Shown piece after piece: positions 37,298 through 46,693 of a stretch of DNA of 61,412 nucleotides. The translations under genes were made by a program, and so were the position numbers. The stretch's first letter is position 1. Each line of letters starts with the position of its first letter. The DNA is from an uncultured Bacteroides sp. (GTDB lineage Bacteria; Bacillota; Clostridia; Oscillospirales; Acutalibacteraceae). Under the pieces are notes generated by a model. It saw nothing but the letters and a program-made list of their open reading frames with translations. It did no database searches and was not told the origin of the DNA. The stretch covers positions 1 to 61,412 of the forward strand of contig CAYOPQ010000001.1 of assembly GCA_964405895.1 (NCBI GenBank), in the 5' to 3' direction.

Positions 37298-39235
37298 TTA
37301 TTTATTTATCTCTCTTGTATAATCAAGCAGTCCGCCGCAAAGGAGCATCGCCTTTTGACGGTCTGAAAGGTGGGAGGAATCAAGCTCGTACGCTTCGTTC
37401 TTTGTTTTGTTATAAAGCGTAACGGTTTCATTCTTTTCAAGCTTTTCTCTGATGTTCGGCAAAACAAGCTCGTCAAGCTGGTCTATTCTGTCGTAGCTGT
37501 CCTCCGATTTGAAAGTAAACGGCAGTATGCCGGCGTTTACAAGATTTGCAACATGTATCCTTGCAAAGCTCTTTGTAATGACGGCTTTCACACCCAAGTA
37601 AAGCGGTACAAGAGCGGCATGCTCACGGCTTGAGCCCTGACCGTAGTTGGAACCGCCGATTATGATGCCCTTGCCTTCTTTTTTGATTCTCTCCGGGAAG
37701 GTTTCGTCGCAAACGGCAAAGCAGTATTGCGATAAATGCGGAATATTTGAGCGGTAGGGGAGTATCTTTGCTCCGGCGGGCATAATATGGTCGGTTGTAA
37801 TATTGTCCCCAACCTTTAAAATAGCTTTGGCGCTTATCTCAGTGGGAAGCGGCTCTGTTTTCGGGAACGGCTTGATGTTGGGACCGCGCAAAACCTCAAC
37901 ATTCTTTGCGTCCTCCTCGCTTGCCGGCGGCTCAATCATATTGTCATTCACAATAAATTCCGCAGGCATTTCAACTTCCGGGGCGTCTCCGAGCTCTCTG
38001 GGGTCTGTGAGATAGCCGGTAAGCGCTGACGCGGCGGCAACCTCAGGCGATACAAGATAGATGCCGGCGTCCTTTGTTCCGCTTCTTCCCTCGAAATTCC
38101 TGTTGAAGGTACGCAGTGAAATGCCGCCTGAATTCGGGCTCTGACCCATACCTATGCAGGGACCGCAGGCGGATTCCAGAATCCTCGCGCCGGCGCTGAT
38201 CATATCCGAAAGCGCGCCGTTTAATGCAAGCATGTTGAGCACCTGCTTTGAGCCGGGCGCAATGCAAAGGGAAACCGTCGGGCAAATCGTCTTGCCTTTC
38301 AGAATCGCGGCAACCTTCATCATATCCACATAAGATGAATTTGTGCAGGAGCCTATGGCAACCTGGTCCACCTTTATTTTTCCGATTTCTTCCGTTGTCT
38401 TAACATTATCGGGCATATGCGGGCATGCCGCCATCGGCTCAAGGGCGCAAAGGTCTATATCTATAACCTCGTCGTATACGGCGTCCTCATCCGGAAGAAT
38501 TTCCGTCCAGTCATTTTCTCTGCCCTGTGCCTTTAAGAAGGCGAGCGTAATCTCGTCAGACGGGAAAATGGAGGTCGTTGCGCCGAGCTCCGCACCCATA
38601 TTTGTTATTGTTGCGCGTTCCGGCACGGAAAGGGTTTTAACGCCGTCTCCGCCGTATTCGATTATTTTGCCCACGCCGCCTTTAACGCTCATGATTCTCA
38701 AAACTTCAAGTATAATGTCTTTTGCGGAAACCCAGGGTTTAAGATAGCCGTGGAGATTGATTTTTGTCATCTTCGGCATCGGGATGTAATAAGTTCCGCC
38801 GCCCATGGCTACCGCTACATCAAGTCCGCCCGCACCCATGGCAAGCATGCAGATTCCGCCGCCTGTCGGGGTATGACTGTCTGAGCCTATAAGCGTTTTT
38901 CCGGGTATGCCGAATCTTTCAAGATGCACCTGGTGGCATATGCCGTTGCCGGGGCGTGAAAAATAAATGCCGTGCTTTTTTGCAACGGTTTGTATGTAAC
39001 GGTGATCGTCAGCGTTTTCAAAGCCTGTTTGAAGCGTGTTGTGGTCTATATATGCCACGCTTTTTTCTGTTTTAACGCGCTCAATGCCCATCGCCTCAAA
39101 CTCCAGATACGCCATTGTGCCGGTGGCGTCCTGCGTAAGCGTTTGGTCTATCCTAAGACCGATTTCTTCACCGGGCTTCATTTCACCCTCAACAAGATGG
39201 GCTTTGATAAGTTTTTGTGCTAATGTAAGTCCCAT
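37298..39235 (-). CDS. Aconitate hydratase
   Basis: QDATGT, GICHQVHLERF, DSHT, GSCTN, CGPCIGMG, FNRNFEGR, TTDHI, YGQGSSREHAA; ATG 39235 with AGGAGG RBS. Confidence 0.95.
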   Translation of the reverse strand: MGLTLAQKLIKAHLVEGEMKPGEEIGLRIDQTLTQDATGTMAYLEFEAMGIERVKTEKSVAYIDHNTLQTGFENADDHRYIQTVAKKHGIYFSRPGNGICHQVHLERFGIPGKTLIGSDSHTPTGGGICMLAMGAGGLDVAVAMGGGTYYIPMPKMTKINLHGYLKPWVSAKDIILEVLRIMSVKGGVGKIIEYGGDGVKTLSVPERATITNMGAELGATTSIFPSDEITLAFLKAQGRENDWTEILPDEDAVYDEVIDIDLCALEPMAACPHMPDNVKTTEEIGKIKVDQVAIGSCTNSSYVDMMKVAAILKGKTICPTVSLCIAPGSKQVLNMLALNGALSDMISAGARILESACGPCIGMGQSPNSGGISLRTFNRNFEGRSGTKDAGIYLVSPEVAAASALTGYLTDPRELGDAPEVEMPAEFIVNDNMIEPPASEEDAKNVEVLRGPNIKPFPKTEPLPTEISAKAILKVGDNITTDHIMPAGAKILPYRSNIPHLSQYCFAVCDETFPERIKKEGKGIIIGGSNYGQGSSREHAALVPLYLGVKAVITKSFARIHVANLVNAGILPFTFKSEDSYDRIDQLDELVLPNIREKLEKNETVTLYNKTKNEAYELDSSHLSDRQKAMLLCGGLLDYTREINK

Positions 39236-39437
39236 TTTGCACCCTCCTTGAATAGTTGTTAATTTTTTTGTCAATCTATTCTATAATATTGCTCAACTTA
39301 TGTCAATCATTTTAACAGATTTTTATTATTTTATATATTAAATATATAATCTTTGTTACAATATTATTGAAATATAAACGCGTTTATGATAAAATAAATA
39401 AAAATATCAGGGCATAATAAAACAGAGGAGTGTTATT

Positions 39438-40124
39438 ATGCCTGAGGAAGATATACAAAATAACCAGAACAATTCATCACAATCTGATTTTGAAACAGGT
39501 TCGATCACGGTCAAGAAAAACGGCCATTTTATCCATTGCCTTACTGTCATAGGGCAGATAGAAGGTCATTATATATTGCCGAGCCAAAATAAAACGACAA
39601 AGTATGAGCATGTGATTCCGCAGCTGGTCGCCATTGAAGAAAGCGCGGAAATTGACGGCTTGCTGATCATTCTCAACACAGTGGGCGGCGATGTTGAGGC
39701 CGGGCTCGCCATTGCCGAACTGCTGTCAACCATGAAAACACCAACCGCGTCCCTCGTGCTTGGCGGCGGTCATTCCATCGGTGTGCCGCTTGCCGTGTCG
39801 TGCAGAAAAAGCTTTATTGTGCCGAGCGCGACTATGACGGTTCACCCCGTCAGAATGAACGGCCTTGTGCTCGGTGTGCCTCAAACCCTGTCTTACTTTG
39901 AAAAAATGCAGGATAGAATTGTCAACTTTGTAGAAAGCAACGCAAAAATCTCCGGCAGTGATTTCAGGGCTTTAATGATGAAAACAGGGGAACTTGTCAT
40001 GGATGTGGGCACCGTGCTTGACGGTGAAGGCGCGGTCAGCTGCGGCTTGGTGGACGAGCTCGGCGGCTTGTCGGACGCGCTGAGCTATCTGAACAGCGTT
40101 ATTGAATCGGAGGGTGAGCAATGA
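39438..40124 (+). CDS. tepA: ClpP-like translocation-enhancing protein TepA
   Basis: GQIEGH...[45 protein letters not shown]. Confidence 0.9.
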   Translation: MPEEDIQNNQNNSSQSDFETGSITVKKNGHFIHCLTVIGQIEGHYILPSQNKTTKYEHVIPQLVAIEESAEIDGLLIILNTVGGDVEAGLAIAELLSTMKTPTASLVLGGGHSIGVPLAVSCRKSFIVPSATMTVHPVRMNGLVLGVPQTLSYFEKMQDRIVNFVESNAKISGSDFRALMMKTGELVMDVGTVLDGEGAVSCGLVDELGGLSDALSYLNSVIESEGEQ

Positions 40125-40342
40125 TCTGGTCTGTCATAAGCGGTAATGATATTTTTTATGATACGCGTGGCTGCACCGCAAATTCGGCAGTAAAGAGCCG
40201 TTCAAGCAATCCCTATGATTATATTAGATGCGGATACAGCCTTGATAACGCTTCGATGTTCGGAGGTAAAGATATTGTCAATTTTAACAGCGATATTTCA
40301 GGCAATAGGCCAGGTGCTGACTTATTTTTTTCCCTTATCTGA
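40121..40342 (+). CDS. ylzJ: YlzJ-like small protein
   Basis: ATGA overlap with tepA; MIWSVI...IF start and SSNPYDYI motif; usual tepA-ylzJ synteny. Confidence 0.6.
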   Translation: MIWSVISGNDIFYDTRGCTANSAVKSRSSNPYDYIRCGYSLDNASMFGGKDIVNFNSDISGNRPGADLFFSLI

Positions 40343-41138
40343 AAGCGGCCATTCCGCCGTGTTCCACGATTTCGCGGGCAGGCTGACCAATTCGTGCTCT
40401 GAATTGACAGGGCTTATACATATCGGCATGGCTGTCGGCGTAATCATTGCTTTTTATAAAGTGTTTATAAAGCTGATTTTTGAATTTATTTCAACGGTTT
40501 CGGAAGTCTTTACAAAAAAATTAGATGTAAAAAAGACAAGCAATTCAAGAAAATTTATGTACTTTACATTTATTCCGTACATATTTATGCTTGTATATTT
40601 GATTCCCGTCGGCGGCGGTAAAAATATTTATGCGCTTCTTGATTCGTATTCTTATGACGGTAATTTGCTTTCAGAAGGAATCTGCTTCCTTATATCAGCC
40701 GTTTTAATTGTTCTTTCATGTCTCAAACTTTCAAAAAATGAAAAAGGGCGCCGTCTGTCCGTTCACGCCGTTCTTGTAACAGCGCTTGTTGTCTTCTTTG
40801 CAATACCTGTTTCCGGTCTGTCCGTCTGCGCGTCCATTCTTTGTGTTCTGTCGTTCTTCGGGGTCAGCAAAAAGGCCGCGTTCAGATATTTTGTAAGTCT
40901 CAGCGCTCCCATTCTTTTAGTCCGCGGAATCATAGAGATATGCGTATGCGTCACTTATGTGAATATTATTACGGGAATTGTAGGCGTTGCGGTTGCGGGC
41001 GCGCTTGCGTTTTTCATTTCCAAGCTTTCACTTTATTTATTTAAAAACAATAAATTCATGTACTTTGCGTACTATCTTTTTGCTATCGGCGGGCTCAGCA
41101 CGGTTATAGGAATCATAGAAATTGCTATTGGTAACTGA
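40275..41138 (+). CDS. uppP: Undecaprenyl-diphosphate phosphatase (UppP/BacA)-like membrane protein with degenerate active site
   Basis: GGAGG RBS, TTG 40275; [27 protein letters not shown] and FAYY align with the BacA fold. Confidence 0.75.
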   Translation: MSILTAIFQAIGQVLTYFFPLSESGHSAVFHDFAGRLTNSCSELTGLIHIGMAVGVIIAFYKVFIKLIFEFISTVSEVFTKKLDVKKTSNSRKFMYFTFIPYIFMLVYLIPVGGGKNIYALLDSYSYDGNLLSEGICFLISAVLIVLSCLKLSKNEKGRRLSVHAVLVTALVVFFAIPVSGLSVCASILCVLSFFGVSKKAAFRYFVSLSAPILLVRGIIEICVCVTYVNIITGIVGVAVAGALAFFISKLSLYLFKNNKFMYFAYYLFAIGGLSTVIGIIEIAIGN

Positions 41139-41149
41139 CAGAGGGAATT

Positions 41150-43657
41150 ATGGCAAATAAAAAAGGAAACACAAACAAAAAATCAAATAACACAAAAAAA
41201 GCCGTTGCGGAGAAACAGAAAAGCAATGCGGAGATAAACAGAGTCGCGGGTATTTTACTGTTTGCGCTGTCGCTGCTGTTTTTATTTATAGCTTTGGTAA
41301 AAGGGCAGGGCGCATGGCTTGTGCTTCATAATGTTTATGTTGGCTTATTCGGCATTTTTGCAGCCTGCGTTTTACCCGTTCTCACTATGGTGGTCACCGT
41401 GCTGTATTCCGTGAAGGAGCAAGAGCCCAAGACCCTTGCCGTTAAGGGTACAGAAGCCTTTATAATGATGCTGCTGATATCATCCTGTATACATATCGTG
41501 CGCAATCAGCCCGGCGAGGTCTTTTCACAGAGCGTTTTGGATTCGTATAGTCTTGCTACAGAAACCTTTAACGGCGGTCTGCTCGGCGCGGTCCTGGGCT
41601 GGCTTTTGCTGACCTTCGGCAAAGCTCCGGCGATTATAGTTGATGTGCTGCTGATATTTGTTGATTTTATGTTTCTCAGCGATATTACGATTATACAGTT
41701 CCTTAAAGGCGCGGCAAAGCCCGCTAAAGCCACATATGACAAGGTACAGCCCGTTATTGAGGAAAGAAGAGAGCAGAAAAAACGCTCCGCCGCAAATATT
41801 GATGTTCCGCTTGACGGCGAGGAGCGCCCAACTGATGCCAAGGAAAAGAAAAAAAGCAAGTCCGATTCTGACACTCCGCAGATGGAAGAGGTTGTTGCAA
41901 CACAAAAGATTATTGATGAGATAAATGCCGCTACAGCAAAAAACAAGGCGGAGCATGAAAAGAAAAACGCGAAATCCATAGAGGAAATCGTTGAAAACGC
42001 CTCTGCCGAAAGCAGTGCCGGCGATAAGAACGCGGATAAATTTGAAGTTACAAAGGACCAGATGAAAGCAACGGTTGAGGATTATGTTATCCCGCCTGTA
42101 TCGCTTCTTGTATACGGCGAGCATGCGTCAACAAAGGATGTGAGCGGCGAGCTCAAGGACAAGGCGCAGAAGCTGATTGAAACGCTGCGTTCGTTTAATG
42201 TTGAGGCGACTATAACGGATATCAGCCGCGGTCCTACGGTTACAAGATACGAGCTGAAACCGGCGGCGGGTATAAGAATATCTAAAATCACGAATCTTGC
42301 CGATGATATTGCGCTGAATCTTGCCGCAACGCATGTAAGAATAGAGGCGCCCATTCCGGGCAAGGCGGCTGTCGGAATAGAGATTCCCAATACGGTCATG
42401 AATAAGGTCTATATAAGAGAACTGATCGATACGCCTGAATTTTCGCGGCAGAGATCAACGCTTTCCGCCGGTCTCGGCAAGGATATTGCCGGCAAATGCG
42501 TGTATTGCGATATTGCTAAAATGCCGCATCTTCTTATTGCCGGCACAACGGGCTCCGGTAAATCGGTTTGCATGAATTCCATTATTGTTTCTATTTTGTA
42601 CAGGGCAAAGCCGGACGAAGTAAAATTCCTTATGATAGACCCTAAAATGGTTGAGTTTAAAAAATATGCCGGAATACCGCATCTTTTGGTTCCCGTTGTT
42701 ACGGACGCAAAAAAAGCCTCCGGCGCGCTCGGCTGGGCTGTTTCGGAAATGCTTCAGCGCTATAATAAGTTCTCGGAAACAGGTGTGCGCGATATAGACG
42801 GGTATAATAAATATGTTTCTAAGCATGACGATATGGAGCCTATGCCCAAAATCTGTATCTTTATTGATGAGCTTGCAGATCTGATGATGGCGGCGCCCAA
42901 AGAGGTTGAGGATTCCATATGCCGTCTTGCGCAAATGGCGCGCGCGGCAGGCATGCACCTTGTAATCGCCACACAAAGACCGTCCGTAGATGTCATCACA
43001 GGTCTTATTAAATCCAATATTTCATCCAGGATTGCCCTTACTGTTTCATCACAGGTGGATTCAAGAACAATTTTGGATTCCGGCGGCGCCGAAAAGCTGC
43101 TCGGCTACGGTGATATGCTGTACAGTCCGATCGGCGCAAGCAAGCCAACGCGCGTTCAGGGCTGCTTTATCAGCGATGAGGAAATTGAAGAGCTCTGCGA
43201 ATTTGTTAAGAAGCAGGGCGAGTCCGAGTATGATGAAGATATACAAAAGGAAATAGATGAAAAGGCAGTTAAGGATAAAAAGAGCCCGTTTGAGGGCGAG
43301 GAAGAGGATGAAAACTTTGATCCGCTGTTTGAAAAGGCTGCCGAGGTTGTCATAGAATCCGGTACGGCGTCAACCTCCTTCTTACAGCGTAAGCTTTCGG
43401 TGGGCTATGCCAGAGGCGCGAAAATTATTGATCAGCTTCAGGATTACGGCGTAATAGGTCCTCCGGAGGGCAGCAAGCCGCGCAAGGTTCTTATGAATAT
43501 GCAGATGTGGCTTGAAAAAAGAGCATACGACAGTAATGTACCTTTTACGGCTGAAAATACACAGCAGATGTCTTTTTCCGATTCAACAGATAATCAAGAT
43601 GATGATTCGGTTTCGGATTTTGGAGACGATATAATAGATAATCAGGATAATGATTGA
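41150..43657 (+). CDS. ftsK: DNA translocase FtsK/SpoIIIE
   Basis: N-terminal TMs; PHLLIAGTTGSGKS, IDELADLMM, ATQRPSVDVITG, gamma domain LQRKLSVGYARG. Confidence 0.97.
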   Translation: MANKKGNTNKKSNNTKKAVAEKQKSNAEINRVAGILLFALSLLFLFIALVKGQGAWLVLHNVYVGLFGIFAACVLPVLTMVVTVLYSVKEQEPKTLAVKGTEAFIMMLLISSCIHIVRNQPGEVFSQSVLDSYSLATETFNGGLLGAVLGWLLLTFGKAPAIIVDVLLIFVDFMFLSDITIIQFLKGAAKPAKATYDKVQPVIEERREQKKRSAANIDVPLDGEERPTDAKEKKKSKSDSDTPQMEEVVATQKIIDEINAATAKNKAEHEKKNAKSIEEIVENASAESSAGDKNADKFEVTKDQMKATVEDYVIPPVSLLVYGEHASTKDVSGELKDKAQKLIETLRSFNVEATITDISRGPTVTRYELKPAAGIRISKITNLADDIALNLAATHVRIEAPIPGKAAVGIEIPNTVMNKVYIRELIDTPEFSRQRSTLSAGLGKDIAGKCVYCDIAKMPHLLIAGTTGSGKSVCMNSIIVSILYRAKPDEVKFLMIDPKMVEFKKYAGIPHLLVPVVTDAKKASGALGWAVSEMLQRYNKFSETGVRDIDGYNKYVSKHDDMEPMPKICIFIDELADLMMAAPKEVEDSICRLAQMARAAGMHLVIATQRPSVDVITGLIKSNISSRIALTVSSQVDSRTILDSGGAEKLLGYGDMLYSPIGASKPTRVQGCFISDEEIEELCEFVKKQGESEYDEDIQKEIDEKAVKDKKSPFEGEEEDENFDPLFEKAAEVVIESGTASTSFLQRKLSVGYARGAKIIDQLQDYGVIGPPEGSKPRKVLMNMQMWLEKRAYDSNVPFTAENTQQMSFSDSTDNQDDDSVSDFGDDIIDNQDND

Positions 43658-43672
43658 TTATGGGGTATTGTT

Positions 43673-44161
43673 ATGAGCTTGGGTAAGCGTAAGAAAAGGT
43701 CAAACGGGTCAAAACACAGCGATATTCTTGTGGGAGTAGCGCTGCTGTTATTGGCTGCCGTTTTTGCTTATCTCGGCTTTTCGCAGCCTAAGATTTCTAA
43801 CGATTATACCGTAACCGAGTCTGAAACCGAAATATATGAGCCTGAATTTGATGTTACTGCGGATGCGGTTGAAGAAACCTCTGCGGCAAGCACAACCTCT
43901 TCAAGCTACAGTGCAACGCAGAGTACCGCTTCTTCTCAGAGCAGCAGTTCGGAAACATCGGAAGTCAGCTTCCCGATAAATCTTAATACCTGTACAAAGG
44001 AGGAGCTTATGGCTATAGACGGAATTGGGGACGCACGGGCAGAAGCGATTTTAGCTTATCGTGAGCATCTGGGCGGATACACAAGCACCGAGCAATTAAT
44101 GAATATAAGCGGTATCGGAGAAACCTTATATTCTAAAATTGCGCCGTATGTAACGGTATGA
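43673..44161 (+). CDS. comEA: ComEA-like helix-hairpin-helix DNA receptor
   Basis: TM anchor, S/T linker, INLNT..EELMAIDGIGDARA...LMNISGIGE. Confidence 0.9.
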   Translation: MSLGKRKKRSNGSKHSDILVGVALLLLAAVFAYLGFSQPKISNDYTVTESETEIYEPEFDVTADAVEETSAASTTSSSYSATQSTASSQSSSSETSEVSFPINLNTCTKEELMAIDGIGDARAEAILAYREHLGGYTSTEQLMNISGIGETLYSKIAPYVTV

Positions 44162-44859
44162 GTTTGCTGAAGTCCGTTTCCGCGGTTGTTAATACCGCGC
44201 TGTTTCCCAATAAATGCAGGATTTGCGGCGCTATCATAGAATATGACAGAACATTGTGCGCGGAATGTGAAAATGCCCGCCGTATAAAACCTCCGCTCTG
44301 CCTTGCGTGCGGTTGTGAAAAGGCAGACTGCATTTGTAAGAAAGACCGTCATAAGCCGGAATATAAGGCTGTTATCGCTCCGTACTATTATCAGGATTCA
44401 ATCGCAGGGGGTGTATTGAATTGCAAAATGAATGATCTTCCCTCGCTGACCGAAGCGCAGGGAGCAGAAATTGCAAAATGCGTAAAATCGTTTTATGGGC
44501 TTGTTGATTTTGACTGCGTCACTTATATTCCGATGCGCAGGTATGATGAGAAATACCGCGGTTTTAATCAATCCGCTTTGCTTGCCGAAGAGGTTGCCCG
44601 CTCCTGCGGATATGAATGCTGCGCCTTGCTCGTTAAAAAGCGCAGAACAAAAATGCAGAAAAGGCAGCGCGCCGCAAACAGGTATGTCAATATGTACAAC
44701 GCCTTTGACCTTGCCGCGAATTGCGATGTCGAGGGTAAAACCATTCTCGTTGTTGACGATGTTAAAACTACCGGCGCCACGCTTTCCTCCGCCGCGCTGA
44801 CGCTCAAGGCTTACGGCGCCGAATCGGTCTATTGCGCTGTATTTGCCGTTGTAAAATAG
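44158..44859 (+). CDS. comF: ComF family protein (zinc ribbon plus PRT domain)
   Basis: LFPNKCRIC, further CxxC pairs, RGFNQS, LVVDDVKTTGAT. Confidence 0.92.
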   Translation: MSLLKSVSAVVNTALFPNKCRICGAIIEYDRTLCAECENARRIKPPLCLACGCEKADCICKKDRHKPEYKAVIAPYYYQDSIAGGVLNCKMNDLPSLTEAQGAEIAKCVKSFYGLVDFDCVTYIPMRRYDEKYRGFNQSALLAEEVARSCGYECCALLVKKRRTKMQKRQRAANRYVNMYNAFDLAANCDVEGKTILVVDDVKTTGATLSSAALTLKAYGAESVYCAVFAVVK

Positions 44860-44938
44860 AAAAATCAATATCTGCGGCAGTTAACAATTCAGTTTCGCGG
44901 CAAAAAAATAAAAGCAGCGCTTTCGCACTGCCTCTTTA

Positions 44939-45012
44939 TGGAGCGGCTGATGGGAGTCGAACCCACCTGTCAAGCTTGGGAAGCTTGCATTCTACCGATG
45001 AACTACAGCCGC
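44939..45012 (-). tRNA. tRNA-Gly (CCC)
   Basis: Reverse complement gcggctg...caagc-tt-CCC-aa-gcttg...ggttcgactcc...cagccgc-t-cca; 74 nt cloverleaf with encoded CCA. Confidence 0.97.
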
Positions 45013-45020
45013 GTATTGCA

Positions 45021-45103
45021 TGGTGCGGGTAACAGGACTTGAACCTGCACGGTTGCCCACAAGATCCTAAATCTTGCGTGTCTGCCAATTCCACCATACC
45101 CGC
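45021..45103 (-). tRNA. tRNA-Leu (TAG)
   Basis: Reverse complement gcgggta...caaga-tt-TAG-ga-tcttg, long variable arm, ggttcaagtcc, CCA end. Confidence 0.97.
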
Positions 45104-45161
45104 ATTTGTATCCATTTTATCATTATTTTTTAATGAAATCAATATAAAAAAGGAGTATTTT

Positions 45162-46682
45162 ATGAAAAAATCGGTAAAAATCTTTTTAAGAATCCTTATT
45201 GTGCTTCTGTGTTTTGTTCTTCTGATTGCCGCAACACTCGGTATCTACTATGTTGCGTCTAAGACCTGCACGCTCACAATTAAGGTGGATGTTGACGAAC
45301 AGCTCCAGGAAATTTACGGCTGGGGCACTTCTGACTGCTGGTGGGCAGATGATATTTCGGATGAGGAAACCAGAAACGAAATTGCAGATTACCTGTTTTC
45401 GGAGGACGGCTTGAACCTGGATACATACCGTTACTGCCTGTACGGCGGCTACGACCCCGATAACAACCTTGTTACAAATGAATTCCGCCTCGGAGAAAGC
45501 TTTTTGGTATACAACGAGGAAACCGGCGAGTATGAATATGACTGGAGCCGTGACGCCGATTCTCAGGCAATGCTCCAGGCTGCGCTTGACAGAGGTGTAG
45601 AAACCGTTATTCTGTTTGCAAATTCACCGCATTATTCCATGTGCACAAACGGCCGCTCAAGCGGTTCTGACAGCGGCAGCGAAACGAATCTGGACCCAAG
45701 CCGCTATGAGGATTATGTGGATTATTTCTTAACGATTACCCAGCATTTCATTGATGAGGGCGTGCCCGTAAAATATATTTCACCAATTAATGAACCGCAG
45801 TGGGGCTGGGGCGGCGATTCTCCCTCGCAGGAGGGCTGCCATTACGAGCCTGAGGAAGTTGTAGCGCTTTTGAAGGTGTTTGCTCAGGAAATCATCGAAA
45901 GAGGTATGGATGTTGAGCTCTATGTTACTGAAAGCGGCAATTTCGGCGACACGGCTAAGAACTATTACGAGCTTATGATGGCCGATGAGGATATAAGCAG
46001 CGTTATCGGCGTTTACAGCTTCCATTCCTATTTTAACGATAATGATAAAATCAAAAAGTCTAACTTCGGCGATTGGATTACGGAAAATGTTACGGTTCGC
46101 ACGGATATGAGCGAATGGTGCGAGCTTCCTTCAGCGCATGACGCGTCAGACCCATTGACTGCCGTTATAATGGCGCGCGTAATTTCCAATGATATAGGCT
46201 GCCTGAATGTCAACAGCTGGAGCAACTGGGTCGCCGTGAATGAGATGGGCGTGAACGAAGAGGACGGAAATGATTATTCAGACGGCCTTTTAGTAGTGAA
46301 TGCAGAGGATACCACCGATTACTATGTTGCTTACCGATATTACGGGTATATGCACTACAGCCGGTTCATACCGTCCGGTTCTGTTGTGCTTGAATGCACG
46401 GACGGCGTTTTCACCGTGGCAACCTACAGTGACGACGACGGCATACATTTCAGGGAGCTGGTTAACGAAACCGCTTATCTCACTCCGGACGGTGATGTGG
46501 TTGTTGTTGTAGTCAACGAGGGTGAAACAAGGGATATTGAATTTGACCTGGACGGCTATTCCAATGTAACGATTTACACTACGGATTCTGAACGCCAGTG
46601 CGAGCAGGTTTATAGCGGTGAAATCCAGGACAGCTATGAATGCGGTGAAAACTCTGTTTCCACCTATATATTCAGCGTTTAG
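45162..46682 (+). CDS. Membrane-anchored glycoside hydrolase, GH30-like
   Basis: AAGGAG RBS; N-terminal TM; QEIYGWGTS..WWA, FANSP, SPINEP (acid/base), MSEW (nucleophile), HYSRFIPSG. Confidence 0.85.
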   Translation: MKKSVKIFLRILIVLLCFVLLIAATLGIYYVASKTCTLTIKVDVDEQLQEIYGWGTSDCWWADDISDEETRNEIADYLFSEDGLNLDTYRYCLYGGYDPDNNLVTNEFRLGESFLVYNEETGEYEYDWSRDADSQAMLQAALDRGVETVILFANSPHYSMCTNGRSSGSDSGSETNLDPSRYEDYVDYFLTITQHFIDEGVPVKYISPINEPQWGWGGDSPSQEGCHYEPEEVVALLKVFAQEIIERGMDVELYVTESGNFGDTAKNYYELMMADEDISSVIGVYSFHSYFNDNDKIKKSNFGDWITENVTVRTDMSEWCELPSAHDASDPLTAVIMARVISNDIGCLNVNSWSNWVAVNEMGVNEEDGNDYSDGLLVVNAEDTTDYYVAYRYYGYMHYSRFIPSGSVVLECTDGVFTVATYSDDDGIHFRELVNETAYLTPDGDVVVVVVNEGETRDIEFDLDGYSNVTIYTTDSERQCEQVYSGEIQDSYECGENSVSTYIFSV

Positions 46683-46693
46683 AAGGTGATTTT

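Noticed and set aside
39256-39274. Rex operator TTGTTAA-N5-TTGTCAA
   Set aside because: Spacer is 5 rather than 4 and the right arm is imperfect; not enough to annotate.
44936-45161. ORF 44936-45142 and the long N-terminal extension of ORF 45039
   Set aside because: They overlap two clear tRNA genes; the GH30 start with an RBS is ATG 45162.
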